DNA of 31,991 bases, from assembly GCA_017501865.1 (NCBI GenBank), contig JAFVWD010000090.1, positions 1 to 31,991 of the forward strand, read 5' to 3'. Numbering within the stretch: the first letter of the stretch is position 1; every line of letters begins with the position of its first letter. The notes under the pieces are model-generated. The model had not been told where the DNA came from. It ran no database searches and was given only the letters and a program-made list of their open reading frames with translations. This document shows, piece by piece, positions 9,426 to 19,364 of the stretch. This DNA is from Clostridia bacterium. Its GTDB lineage: Bacteria > Bacillota > Clostridia > Oscillospirales > Acutalibacteraceae. Made by a program: the position numbers and the translations under genes.

Positions 9426-9952
9426 TCGCCCCCTTCTAATTCAAGAGTTATAAGTTCCTTTGTTTTCATTCGCATACGCGAAAGTCTTTTGGCTGCAGCT
9501 GAAAATGAAATGCCCAATTTCTGTGCGATTTCATTAATTGACTTCTTTTCTATATATTTAAGCTTATAAATTTCTAATTCCTTTTCATCTAAAGCAGTCA
9601 GTACCTTTTGTGCCAGCACATCATAATCTGTATCTGAAAAATCAAATTTCTGCTGAATTACAAGTGTTTCTTTTATTTCCTCAAGCTGTAAAATATTCTG
9701 TTCCCTTTTGTTTTTGCGCCATTGCGCTTTTACGAGATTGTCAGCTATTTTGTATAAATAACCGCCGACATTCACTATTTCCTCACCCTGTAATATACGG
9801 TCATAAAAAACACAAAAGCTTTCCTGAACACAGTCATATGTCTGTTCTTCATTTTTCAGTTTAAGAAAGCAGAAGCGACACAGGTTTTCATAATACTGCT
9901 CATATGCAGCACTAAGCTTTTCGCTTGCTGTTGTATTCAATTTTTGTTCCAC
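9422..9952 (-). CDS. ECF-type RNA polymerase sigma factor
   Basis: Region 2 (YDCVQESF, GGYLYKIADN) and region 4 HTH (KSINEIAQKLGISFSAAAKRLSR). Probable GTG start at 9952 after AAAGGGTGA. Confidence 0.88.
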   Translation of the reverse strand: MEQKLNTTASEKLSAAYEQYYENLCRFCFLKLKNEEQTYDCVQESFCVFYDRILQGEEIVNVGGYLYKIADNLVKAQWRKNKREQNILQLEEIKETLVIQQKFDFSDTDYDVLAQKVLTALDEKELEIYKLKYIEKKSINEIAQKLGISFSAAAKRLSRMRMKTKELITLELEGGE

Positions 9953-10161
9953 CTGCTCACCCTTTCTCAAGCCCCTTCTGTTTATTAGTGTCAGAAATAC
10001 AAAAACTTGACAAATTTTAGTATATTATTTCTCTATTGCTTTGTCAAAACCAATTTCCCCCATTTTTCATCATTCAGTTATATATTTTTTCTTCTGTTGT
10101 ATAAATTTTCAAAAATGCATTTAAAAACTTAATAAATTCACAGTTAAGAAACATTTAACCC

Positions 10162-10190
10162 TTGTAATGTGTGGGGATTTCTGCTATACT
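10162..10190 (+). promoter_or_regulatory. SigA promoter of the acyl-CoA ligase-mnmG-GH2 operon
   Basis: TTGTAA-N17-TATACT with an extended -10 (TG-C-TATACT). Confidence 0.7.
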
Positions 10191-10292
10191 TTCTGTGTGT
10201 GTGACTTTATATGAAAGTGCTGAAAATTCTAATCCGCTTTCTATCTGAATTTTTATAATTCATTTTATAAGTCCACCGGATTGGAGAAAAAT

Positions 10293-12050
10293 ATGAGCAT
10301 AATCCACTATGAAACAAGGCATGTTAATAACTTCAAAGAAGTCCTTGAATCAAGTGCTCGTCTCTTCCCTGCACGTCCTGCGTTCAAAATCCGTGAAAAG
10401 GACGGCAGCATAGTAGAGATGAAATACCCTAAGCTTTTACAGGTTGTTAATGCTTTAGGTACTGCACTTTGTTCTTTGGGACTCAAAGCCAAAAATATTG
10501 CAGTTATGGGTAAAAACTCCCATAAATGGTGTATTGCATATTTTGGCATTACTAACGGAACAGGTGTCGTAGTTCCCGTAGATAAGGAGCTTATGGCTGA
10601 CGATGTACTTAACATCTTAACTGTTTCAGAAGCAAAAGCTATGTTTGTTGATGACAAAGCATACGAAAAGCTTCAGGCTGTTAAAGACCGTCTTCCTCAG
10701 GACTTTACTTTCATAGGCCTTGATGAAATCGAGGGCATCAGAAATATTGATGAACTCATTAAAGTCGGAGAAGAACTTTTGGAGAAAGGGGACAGAACCT
10801 TTGTTGATGCTGAGGTTGACAGTGATGCTTTAGGCTCGCTGCTGTTTACTTCAGGCACTACAGGAATGGCAAAGGGCGTAATGCTTTCTCAGCGTAATAT
10901 TGTCGAAGATATTATGGCTGTTAAAAAGGTTGTTAAAATTACTCCGGATGATACCATTCTTTCAGTGCTTCCGCTTCACCATACCTACGAAAGCTCTCTT
11001 TGCTTCGTTCAGCTTATGTACACAGGCGGTTGCTACTGCTTCTGCGAGGGTCTTCGTTATATCACACGTGATATGCAGGACTATCAGCCTACAATTTTCG
11101 TTACTGTTCCTTTAATGCTTGAAAAAATGCACGCAAAAATCCTTAAAAAGGTTCACGAGAAAAAGGTTGGTAAATTCGCTCTTACCTTAGGTAAAATGGT
11201 TCAGGACGGTTTCGTTGCAAACCTTATGGAAAAAATCTTTGCCGAGGTTAAAAAGACCTTCGGCGGTAAGTTAAGACTTATTATAGTTGGTGCTGCAGCT
11301 CTCAACCCTGAGGTTGCAAAAGACTTCAAGACATTTGGTATTCCTACATATATAGGCTACGGTCTTACTGAATGTGCTCCGCTCGTTATAGGTAACAATG
11401 ACCATATTATGCTTCCTGACTCAGTAGGTGTTCCGCTTCCGGGTGTTGAAGCTAAAATCCACGACCCTGACGACAACGGTGTCGGCGAAATCTGGGTTAA
11501 AGGTCCTATGGTTATGCTTGGCTACTACAATGATGAAAAATCAACCAGAGAGGTTCTTACCGAGGATGGTTGGTTCAGAACCGGTGATATGGGTACAGTT
11601 GACGAAAACAACTGCTACAGAATTGTTGGCAGATGTAAAAACGTTATTGTTACTAAAAACGGTAAAAACATTTACCCTGAAGAGGTTGAATATCATCTTA
11701 ACAACCACCCGTTCGTTTCAGAATGCATTGTATTTGGTGCAGATTGTGACGAGGCTGAAGAGGGTACACAGGTAGTTGCTAAAATCTTCCCTGACATTCA
11801 GGCAATCACAGCAAAGCTTAAGGATAAGCAAGCACCTACAAAGGAAGAGCTTCAGACAATTATTGGTGATGTAATTAAAGAAGTAAACAAAAAGCTTCCT
11901 AAATACAAAAACATTCATGATTTTGACATTCGTGAAATTGAATTTGTTAAAACTACTACTGCAAAAATTAAGCGTCAGGCAAATCTTAACGAAGAACAAG
12001 AGGTTAATGAAGCAAATGATGCTACTGCTCCTGAAGCTCAGGAAAACTGA
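10293..12050 (+). CDS. Long-chain fatty acid-CoA ligase (AMP-dependent synthetase)
   Basis: LLFTSGTTGMAKG, YIGYGLTE, WFRTGDMG, GRCKNVIV, KNIYPEEVE. Start at ATG 10293 after GGAG. Confidence 0.92.
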   Translation: MSIIHYETRHVNNFKEVLESSARLFPARPAFKIREKDGSIVEMKYPKLLQVVNALGTALCSLGLKAKNIAVMGKNSHKWCIAYFGITNGTGVVVPVDKELMADDVLNILTVSEAKAMFVDDKAYEKLQAVKDRLPQDFTFIGLDEIEGIRNIDELIKVGEELLEKGDRTFVDAEVDSDALGSLLFTSGTTGMAKGVMLSQRNIVEDIMAVKKVVKITPDDTILSVLPLHHTYESSLCFVQLMYTGGCYCFCEGLRYITRDMQDYQPTIFVTVPLMLEKMHAKILKKVHEKKVGKFALTLGKMVQDGFVANLMEKIFAEVKKTFGGKLRLIIVGAAALNPEVAKDFKTFGIPTYIGYGLTECAPLVIGNNDHIMLPDSVGVPLPGVEAKIHDPDDNGVGEIWVKGPMVMLGYYNDEKSTREVLTEDGWFRTGDMGTVDENNCYRIVGRCKNVIVTKNGKNIYPEEVEYHLNNHPFVSECIVFGADCDEAEEGTQVVAKIFPDIQAITAKLKDKQAPTKEELQTIIGDVIKEVNKKLPKYKNIHDFDIREIEFVKTTTAKIKRQANLNEEQEVNEANDATAPEAQEN

Positions 12051-12082
12051 TTTAAATTAATTACGAAAGGTCCGAAGAAGCA

Positions 12083-13087
12083 ATGAAAAAAACAGTTCTC
12101 AATAATTTTAAAAGATACATCTCTTTAATACTTATTGTGTCTGTTGTTGCTTCTTCGGGCATTTTTTCGTCATGCTCAAGACTCTCTTCAGACACAGTTG
12201 CGCTTACTCTGAACAATGTTAAAATCAGTAATGATGTTTTTACCTATTTTTTAGATTGCGCTATGAATGAATTGGGTATTAATGCAGACGAAAACTCCCT
12301 TTACTCAAAAGCTGTGCACCTTACAGAAATTTATTTTAAAACTAACTCTCTTGCACATAAAAGAGGAATTAAGCTCTCTACCGCAGAAAAAGCCTCTGTT
12401 TCCGAAAAAGTAAATGCTTACTGGGGTATTTACGGTGAATATTATTCAACTATAGGTGTAAGCAAGGAAACACTCACAAAGATTTTCACCGCTGAAAGCT
12501 ACAGAAATCAGCTTCTTGTGCACTACTACGGCGAGGGCGGTGAAGAGGAAATAGGCGTTGCTACTATGTATGCTTATTTTAAAATGAATTACATTGTTTT
12601 CCAGGCAATAAACGGCTACTTTACTTATATGGATGATGCCGGTATTACAAGAAGGCTTACCGAAAACGAAATTGAAGAAATTATTCTTAAATTCCAGAAT
12701 ATGGCTTCCCTTATAAATGCAAAAGAAAAAACTATGGAAGAAGCGGCAGATTTTCTTGCGGCTTCAGGCTACTCAAGCTCGGTTGTTACTTTAGTTCTGG
12801 GTAAAAATGACACCTCTTACCCGGCAGGATTTTTTGACAAAGTCAAATCTACAAAATCAAGAGTTGCAACCGTTATAGGTACAGGCGAATACATTTTTAT
12901 TGTATTACGCGGTGATGCAGGTGTTAATTCAGAATATTACTTAGAAAAAAAAGAGGAAATTTTAACTGCCCTGGTGGGTGATAAAATTGACGTTAAAATA
13001 GAAAATTCAATAAGCGTCGAAAGCTCATTGGATGAAGCAAGTAAACAAAGCATTTATCTTTTATTAAAACAACAAAAGGCGGAGTAA
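12083..13087 (+). CDS. Putative lipoprotein, possibly SurA/PrsA-like chaperone fold
   Basis: Positively charged N-terminus, hydrophobic stretch and a weak lipobox (FSSC). Mostly helical; only a loose resemblance to PrsA-type foldases. Confidence 0.5.
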   Translation: MKKTVLNNFKRYISLILIVSVVASSGIFSSCSRLSSDTVALTLNNVKISNDVFTYFLDCAMNELGINADENSLYSKAVHLTEIYFKTNSLAHKRGIKLSTAEKASVSEKVNAYWGIYGEYYSTIGVSKETLTKIFTAESYRNQLLVHYYGEGGEEEIGVATMYAYFKMNYIVFQAINGYFTYMDDAGITRRLTENEIEEIILKFQNMASLINAKEKTMEEAADFLAASGYSSSVVTLVLGKNDTSYPAGFFDKVKSTKSRVATVIGTGEYIFIVLRGDAGVNSEYYLEKKEEILTALVGDKIDVKIENSISVESSLDEASKQSIYLLLKQQKAE

Positions 13088-13088
13088 T

Positions 13089-13631
13089 ATGAACGAAATA
13101 ATCAACAATATAATGACTCGTCAGACAATAAGAGAATACACCGAAGAACAGGTGCCAACAGAGCTTCTCAGCATTGTTTTAGATGCTGCTATAAGAGCGC
13201 CGAGCGGCAGAAATACACAGCCCTGTCATTTAAGAGTCTTAAGAAGCAGACAAAGGCTTGACGAAATGAATACTGATTTTAAAAACATTGTCGGTTGGGA
13301 TACCCCTGCATACACAGGTTGGGACATTCGTCCCGTTTACCATAATGCTCCGACATTTATTTTTATTTTTGCTAAAGATAAAAGTGATATGGCAGCCGGT
13401 CTTATGGCAGAGAACATAGCACTTGCAGCAAAAGCTCTCGGCCTCGGTAGCTGTATGGTCGGCTCAATAGGCGGTCTGTTTGACAACCCTGACGGAGCAA
13501 AAAAATGGAAGAAGATTTTAGATGTTCCCGATGATTGGTGCTTTTTACTCGGTATGACTCTCGGATACCCGAATGAAGCTCCGCCAATGAAGGAACGCGA
13601 AGACGGACACATTAAAATTATTGAGGATTGA
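13089..13631 (+). CDS. Nitroreductase family flavoprotein
   Basis: IMTRQTIREY, RAPSGRNTQP, ALGLGSCMVG, LGYP motifs. Confidence 0.9.
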   Translation: MNEIINNIMTRQTIREYTEEQVPTELLSIVLDAAIRAPSGRNTQPCHLRVLRSRQRLDEMNTDFKNIVGWDTPAYTGWDIRPVYHNAPTFIFIFAKDKSDMAAGLMAENIALAAKALGLGSCMVGSIGGLFDNPDGAKKWKKILDVPDDWCFLLGMTLGYPNEAPPMKEREDGHIKIIED

Positions 13632-13641
13632 TTTTTGAATT

Positions 13642-15510
13642 ATGAAATATTTTGCAGGAGAATATGATGTTGCGGTAATCGGCGCCGGTCACGCAGGAAT
13701 TGAAGCTGCTCTTGCTTCTTCAAGACTCGGTGCAAATACTATTGTTTTTACAATAAATCTTGACTGGATAGGAAACATGGCTTGCAACCCCTCTATAGGC
13801 GGTACCTCAAAGGGGCACCTGGTAAGAGAAATTGATGCCTTAGGCGGTGAAATGGGTAAAGCGGCAGATGCTACCTTAATACAAAGCCGCATTTTGAATT
13901 TAAGAAAGGGACCTGCCGTTCACTCCTTAAGAGCACAGATTGACAGACGCGAATACACAAAATATATGAAGCACTGTCTCGAAAATCAAAAAAATCTCGA
14001 CTTAAAGCAAGCAGAAGTAGTTTCTCTTAATAAAACAGATGACGGTCTTTGGGAAATGAGCACACAGTTAGAAGCTGTTTACAGAGCAAAAACCGTTATT
14101 ATTGCAACAGGTACCTTCTTAAAGGGTAAGGTATATGTCGGAGATATCTCTTACGAAAGCGGTCCTGACGGAATGTTCCCTTCAAACGCACTTTCTGAAG
14201 ATTTAAACAAACTGAATGTAGATTTAAGACGTTTTAAAACAGGTACTCCTCCGAGAGTTAACAGAAACAGTGTGGATTTTTCTGAGCTCGAGGAGCAAGT
14301 GGGTGACAATGAAATTACTCCATTTTCATTTTCTACCCCGTCAGATTCCTTAGAGAACAAAGAGGTTTGTCACATTACTTACACAAACGAAAAAACCAAA
14401 AAAATTATTCTCGACAACATCGAGCGTTCGCCTCTTTATTCAAAAAAAATTGAAGGAACAGGTCCGAGATACTGTCCGAGTATTGAAGATAAAATTATGC
14501 GTTTCTTTGAAAAAGAGCGACACCAGGTATTTATTGAGCCTTGCGGTCTCGACACTCAGGAGCTTTACCTTCAGGGGCTTTCTTCATCATTACCCGAGGA
14601 TGTTCAATTAGAAATTTTAAAAAGTGTCAGAGGACTTGAAAACGTCAAGGTTATGAGAACAGCTTATGCTATAGAGTATGACTGCGTTAACCCTCTTTCA
14701 TTAAAATCAACTTTGGAATTCAATGATTTAGAAGGTCTCTTCGGAGCAGGTCAGTTCAACGGCTCTTCAGGCTATGAGGAAGCAGCGGCACAAGGACTTA
14801 TTGCCGGAATTAATGCCGCTCACAAGGTTCAGAACAAGGAACCCTTCATTTTAGACAGAAGCACGTCTTACATAGGAACTCTCATAGATGATCTTGTTAC
14901 AAAGGGTTGCTCTGACCCTTACAGAATGATGACATCGAGAAGCGAATACCGTCTTATTTTAAGAGAAGATAATGCTGACTTAAGACTCACTGAAATGGGC
15001 TACAGCATAGGACTTGTAAGCGAAGAGGCACATAATGCTTTACTTAGCAAAATTGACGGAATAAAAAAAGAGACTGAAAGAGTAAGCGCACAATCTCTTG
15101 CTCCGTCTGAGGAGCTTAATAAAGTCTTGGAAGAAGCGGGCACTGCACCTCTGAAAACAGGCTGCAAGATGTCCGAGCTTTTAAAAAGACCTCAGGTAAC
15201 TTACAAATTACTCGAAAAATTTGACAAAACCCGACCTCAGATAGCAAAAGAAATTTTTGAACAGGTTGAAATAAACTTCAAATATGAGGGATATATCAAA
15301 CGTCAGAAGGCTCAGGTGGATGAATTAAAGCGCCTCGAAGTCAAAAAAATCCCTCAGGATATTGACTACAAAAAAATCACTAATTTAAGACTTGAAGCAA
15401 TAGAAAAATTAGAAAAAATACGTCCGGAAAATGTCGGACAAGCATCAAGAATAAGCGGAGTTTCTCCCGCAGATATTTCCGTTTTACTTATACATTTAAG
15501 GAGTAATTGA
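13642..15510 (+). CDS. mnmG: tRNA uridine-5-carboxymethylaminomethyl(34) synthesis enzyme MnmG/GidA
   Basis: VIGAGHAGIEAA, CNPSIGG, RFKTGTPPR, GPRYCPSIEDK, AGQFNGSSGYEEAAAQG, YRMMTSRSEYRL. Confidence 0.97.
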   Translation: MKYFAGEYDVAVIGAGHAGIEAALASSRLGANTIVFTINLDWIGNMACNPSIGGTSKGHLVREIDALGGEMGKAADATLIQSRILNLRKGPAVHSLRAQIDRREYTKYMKHCLENQKNLDLKQAEVVSLNKTDDGLWEMSTQLEAVYRAKTVIIATGTFLKGKVYVGDISYESGPDGMFPSNALSEDLNKLNVDLRRFKTGTPPRVNRNSVDFSELEEQVGDNEITPFSFSTPSDSLENKEVCHITYTNEKTKKIILDNIERSPLYSKKIEGTGPRYCPSIEDKIMRFFEKERHQVFIEPCGLDTQELYLQGLSSSLPEDVQLEILKSVRGLENVKVMRTAYAIEYDCVNPLSLKSTLEFNDLEGLFGAGQFNGSSGYEEAAAQGLIAGINAAHKVQNKEPFILDRSTSYIGTLIDDLVTKGCSDPYRMMTSRSEYRLILREDNADLRLTEMGYSIGLVSEEAHNALLSKIDGIKKETERVSAQSLAPSEELNKVLEEAGTAPLKTGCKMSELLKRPQVTYKLLEKFDKTRPQIAKEIFEQVEINFKYEGYIKRQKAQVDELKRLEVKKIPQDIDYKKITNLRLEAIEKLEKIRPENVGQASRISGVSPADISVLLIHLRSN

Positions 15511-15511
15511 T

Positions 15512-17233
15512 ATGATACCAAGAAATGAACATCCAAATCCGAATTTTAAAAGAGCAGATTATGAAATATTAAATGGCGAATGGGAATTTGAATTTGATTT
15601 TGGAAATTCAGGCATAAATCGTGAATTGTTTAAGGAAGATGCTGTATTTTCTAAAAAAATTACTGTACCCTTCTGCGTTGAGAGTGAGCTTTCAGGCATT
15701 GGCTACAAAGATTTTATTCCTGCCGTGTGGTACAGAAGAAAAATCAATATTACAAAAGAGCAGTTACAAAACAGAGTTTTCATTGTTTTTGGAGCAGTAG
15801 ATTTTCATTCTAAATTATATGTTAATGAAGTCGAAGCAGGTGAGCATTTCGGCGGATACACCTCTTTCAGAATTGAGCTTACAAAATATCTTAAAGAGGG
15901 CGACAATACTCTTACTCTTTACGTTGAAGATGATACACGTTCTTTTATGCAGGCAAGAGGAAAACAAAGTGAAGAATTTTACTCACACGGTTGTGACTAC
16001 ACAAGAACGACAGGCATATGGCAAACTGTTTATCTTGAATTTGTAAAGACAGATTACATAAAAAGCTTTAAGGTTTTCCCTAATGTTGAAAATGCTACTC
16101 TTACAATTACCGCCGATGTAGTAGGCAACGGTAATTTCAGCGCAGCTGCCTTCTGGGATGAAAAAGCTGCCGGCTTTGTTGAAAGCAAGGTACTCGGTCA
16201 GACTGTGACTGTTACACTTAACCTTTCTGAGAAGCATATATGGGAGGTAGGTAAGGGCGGTCTTTACTCTCTTACTCTTAAATTCAATGAAGACGTAGTT
16301 ACAAGCTACTTCGGACTTCGTGAGGTTTCTCTTTCAGATGGTGTTTGTAAAATAAACGGAAAACCTGTTTTCCAGAGACTTATTCTTGACCAGGGCTTTT
16401 ATCCTGACGGAATATACACAGCTCCTACAAAGGAAGCTCTGAAAAATGATATTCTTCTTTCAATGAAAGCCGGTTTCAATGGTGCAAGACTCCACCAAAA
16501 AGTATTTGAGCCGTTATTTTTACATTACTGTGATGAGTTAGGCTACATTGTATGGGGCGAGCACGGCAACTGGGGTCTTAATTGGACAAAGTTTGAATCA
16601 TTAAGATATTTCCTTTTAGAAATAGAAGAGGAAATCGAAAGAGATTTTAACCACCCATCTATTATAGGCTGGTGTCCTTATAACGAAACTTGGGAAATAG
16701 ACAGGGCTTTTCAGGATTCTGATGTATTGAAGATTGTTTACAGAACCGTAAAAGCTCTTGACAAAACACGTCCTTGTATTGACACAAGCGGTAACTACCA
16801 CGTAGAAACCGATATTTTTGATATTCACGACTACGAACAGGATTACAAGGTATTCAAAGAAAATTACGACAAGCTCTTTAAAGAAAATGAGCTTTACGAC
16901 CGTTTCCCTGACAAACAGCAATGGAAGGGCGAACCTGTATTTATGAGTGAATACGGCGGAATACGTGTTGTACTCCAACAGGAAAATGCTGAAAATACAA
17001 AAGAAGCCTGGGGTTACGGTAATGCCGCACGTTCTCTTGAGGAATTTTACGAGAGATATGACGGACTTACAACCGCTCTTATAGACAACCCTAAAATGAT
17101 TGGATTCTGCTATACTCAGCTTACTGATGTTGAACAGGAATTAAATGGTATTTACAACTACGACCGAACAGAAAAATTCGACTCAGAACGACTCTACAAA
17201 ATAAATACTAAGGTTGCGGCAATTGAAAAGTAA
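15512..17233 (+). CDS. Glycoside hydrolase family 2
   Basis: LNGEWEF, FGAVD, TGIWQTVY, LDQGFYPDG, GFNGARLHQKV, acid/base motif WCPYNETW and nucleophile motif MSEYGG. Confidence 0.9.
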   Translation: MIPRNEHPNPNFKRADYEILNGEWEFEFDFGNSGINRELFKEDAVFSKKITVPFCVESELSGIGYKDFIPAVWYRRKINITKEQLQNRVFIVFGAVDFHSKLYVNEVEAGEHFGGYTSFRIELTKYLKEGDNTLTLYVEDDTRSFMQARGKQSEEFYSHGCDYTRTTGIWQTVYLEFVKTDYIKSFKVFPNVENATLTITADVVGNGNFSAAAFWDEKAAGFVESKVLGQTVTVTLNLSEKHIWEVGKGGLYSLTLKFNEDVVTSYFGLREVSLSDGVCKINGKPVFQRLILDQGFYPDGIYTAPTKEALKNDILLSMKAGFNGARLHQKVFEPLFLHYCDELGYIVWGEHGNWGLNWTKFESLRYFLLEIEEEIERDFNHPSIIGWCPYNETWEIDRAFQDSDVLKIVYRTVKALDKTRPCIDTSGNYHVETDIFDIHDYEQDYKVFKENYDKLFKENELYDRFPDKQQWKGEPVFMSEYGGIRVVLQQENAENTKEAWGYGNAARSLEEFYERYDGLTTALIDNPKMIGFCYTQLTDVEQELNGIYNYDRTEKFDSERLYKINTKVAAIEK

Positions 17234-17301
17234 GCTTTTATACTGAAATATAAATAGCAAATTCTACAAAAAACAATCTTAAAAATTTATCTTCTGAATG
17301 A

Positions 17302-17329
17302 TTGAAAAGAATATAAAATATGCTATACT
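17302..17329 (+). promoter_or_regulatory. SigA promoter of fucI
   Basis: TTGAAA-N16-TATACT with an extended -10 (TG-C-TATACT). Confidence 0.65.
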
Positions 17330-17347
17330 ATAAGGTGTACTTTTAAA

Positions 17348-17362
17348 ATTTGCATTGCAAAT
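17348..17362. promoter_or_regulatory. Candidate operator palindrome before the fucI RBS
   Basis: ATTTGCA-T-TGCAAAT, a perfect 7+7 inverted repeat between the promoter and AAAGGA. Confidence 0.45.
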
Positions 17363-17378
17363 GAAAGGATGATATAAA

Positions 17379-19175
17379 ATGGCAGAAAACAGATTTATAG
17401 GAGATTACCCTGTAATTGGTATCCGCCCTTGTATTGATGGCAGACGCGGTCCACTTAAGGTAAGAGAATCTCTCGAAGAACAAACAATGAATATGGCTAA
17501 GGCTGCTCAGAAGCTCCTTACAGAAAATCTTAAATATTCTAACGGCGAACCTGTAAAGGTTATTATTTCAAGTACAACTATAGGTCGTGTTGCTGAAGCT
17601 GCTCAATGTGCAGATGAATTCAGAAAAGCCGGTGTTGACATTACTCTTTCTGTTACACCTTGCTGGTGCTACGGCTCTGAAACTATGGATATGGACAAAA
17701 ACACCATTAAGGGTGTTTGGGGCTTTAACGGTACAGAAAGACCGGGTGCTGTTTACTTGGCATCAGTTCTTGCTGCTCATGCTCAGAAAGGTCTTCCTGC
17801 TTTTGGCATCTACGGTAAAGATGTTCAGGAAGCTACTGCTACTGATATTCCTGAAGATGTACAGGAAAAAATCCTTCGCTTTGGTCGTGCAGCAGTTGCT
17901 GTTGCTACAATGCGCGGTAAATCATATCTTCAGATTGGTTCTATATGTATGGGTATTGCAGGTTCTTCAATTGACCCTGATTTCCTTGAAGAGTACCTCG
18001 GCTTACGTGTTGAATCTGTTGACGAGGTTGAAATTATCCGTCGAATGGAAGAAAACATTTACGATGAAGCTGAATATCAGAAGGCTTACAAATGGGTAAA
18101 AGAAAACTGCAAAGAAGCATTTGACAAAAACCCTGAATTTGTAAGAAAATCAGACGAACAAAAAGAAAAAGACTGGCAGTTCACAGTTAAGATGATGTGC
18201 ATCATAAAAGACCTTATGAACGGTAATAAAAATCTTCCTGAAGGCAGAGAAGAAGAAATGGTTGGTCACAATGCCATTGCTGCCGGCTTCCAGGGCCAGA
18301 GACAATGGACTGACTTCTACCCGAATGCTGACTTCGCAGAAGCAATGCTTAACACATCCTTCGACTGGAACGGCGCAAGAGAGCCTTACATTTTAGCTAC
18401 CGAAAATGACGTTCTCAACGGCATTAGTATGCTCTTTATGAAATTACTCACAAACCGTCCTCAGATGTTTGCTGACGTAAGAACCTACTGGAGTCCTGAA
18501 GCTACAAAGAAAGCTACAGGTTATGAATTAGAAGGCAAAGCCAAAGAAGGTAAGGGCTTTATTCACCTTATTAACTCAGGTGCTTGCTGCCTTGATGCTT
18601 GCGGTGAGGTTAAAGATGAAAACGGCAACGGTGTTATCAAAGAATGGTACAATGTTACTGATGAAGACATCAAAAAGATGACAGAAGCTACCACATGGGC
18701 ACCGGCTGACAACGGTTACTTCCGTGGCGGCGGATATTCAAGCCGTTTCCTTACAAGAGCTGAAATGCCTGCTACTATGATAAGACTTAACTTAGTTAAA
18801 GGCCTTGGACCAACAGTTCAGATTTGTGAAGGCTACACTGTTGCTCTTCCTGACGAGGTTTCTGACAAAATCTGGAAGAGAACTGACTACACCTGGCCTT
18901 GCACATGGTTCACACCTATTCTCACAGGTAAGGGTCCTTTCGTTTCTGCTTATGAGGTTATGAATCATTGGGGCGCAAACCACGGTGCTATTTCTTACGG
19001 TCACATTGGTGCAGATATTATTACTCTTTGCTCAATGCTCCGTATTCCTGTTTCTATGCACAACGTAGCAGAAGACAAAATCTTCCGTCCTGCAGCATGG
19101 AATGCATTTGGCACAGCTGAGCTTGAAGGCGCTGACTTCAGAGCTTGCGAAGCTTACGGACCACTTTACAAATAA
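17379..19175 (+). CDS. fucI: L-fucose (D-arabinose) isomerase
   Basis: [70 protein letters not shown]. Confidence 0.96.
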   Translation: MAENRFIGDYPVIGIRPCIDGRRGPLKVRESLEEQTMNMAKAAQKLLTENLKYSNGEPVKVIISSTTIGRVAEAAQCADEFRKAGVDITLSVTPCWCYGSETMDMDKNTIKGVWGFNGTERPGAVYLASVLAAHAQKGLPAFGIYGKDVQEATATDIPEDVQEKILRFGRAAVAVATMRGKSYLQIGSICMGIAGSSIDPDFLEEYLGLRVESVDEVEIIRRMEENIYDEAEYQKAYKWVKENCKEAFDKNPEFVRKSDEQKEKDWQFTVKMMCIIKDLMNGNKNLPEGREEEMVGHNAIAAGFQGQRQWTDFYPNADFAEAMLNTSFDWNGAREPYILATENDVLNGISMLFMKLLTNRPQMFADVRTYWSPEATKKATGYELEGKAKEGKGFIHLINSGACCLDACGEVKDENGNGVIKEWYNVTDEDIKKMTEATTWAPADNGYFRGGGYSSRFLTRAEMPATMIRLNLVKGLGPTVQICEGYTVALPDEVSDKIWKRTDYTWPCTWFTPILTGKGPFVSAYEVMNHWGANHGAISYGHIGADIITLCSMLRIPVSMHNVAEDKIFRPAAWNAFGTAELEGADFRACEAYGPLYK

Positions 19176-19197
19176 AATTTAATACGCTATAAAACAA

Positions 19198-19244
19198 CAT
19201 CCTATCATTTTCAGCTAACACTTTAAATGATAGGGTGAGTTTTT
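19198..19244 (+). terminator. Intrinsic terminator of fucI
   Basis: CATCCTATCATTT / AAATGATAGGGTG stem (one G-U pair) followed by AGTTTTT. Confidence 0.7.
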
Positions 19245-19364
19245 ATGCCTATGCAACAAATTATAGCAATATGAAAATCAGATTTTTACTTGTTTTTTGT
19301 TTTGGGGATTATATAATGAATTCAGAGAATAAAATATTCTCGTAAAACAGAAAGGAGAATTACT

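Noticed and set aside
10143-10159. GTTAA-N7-TTAAC palindrome upstream of the acyl-CoA ligase promoter
   Set aside because: Only 5-bp arms in AT-rich DNA, too weak to distinguish from chance.
13642-15510. Replication origin near mnmG
   Set aside because: No dnaA, dnaN, rnpA, mnmE, rsmG or parAB, and no DnaA-box cluster that I could see in the window.
4807-15510. mnmA and mnmG as a dedicated wobble-U34 modification cluster
   Set aside because: They are about 8 kb apart and separated by an oppositely oriented three-gene operon and independent promoters; the proximity may be coincidental.
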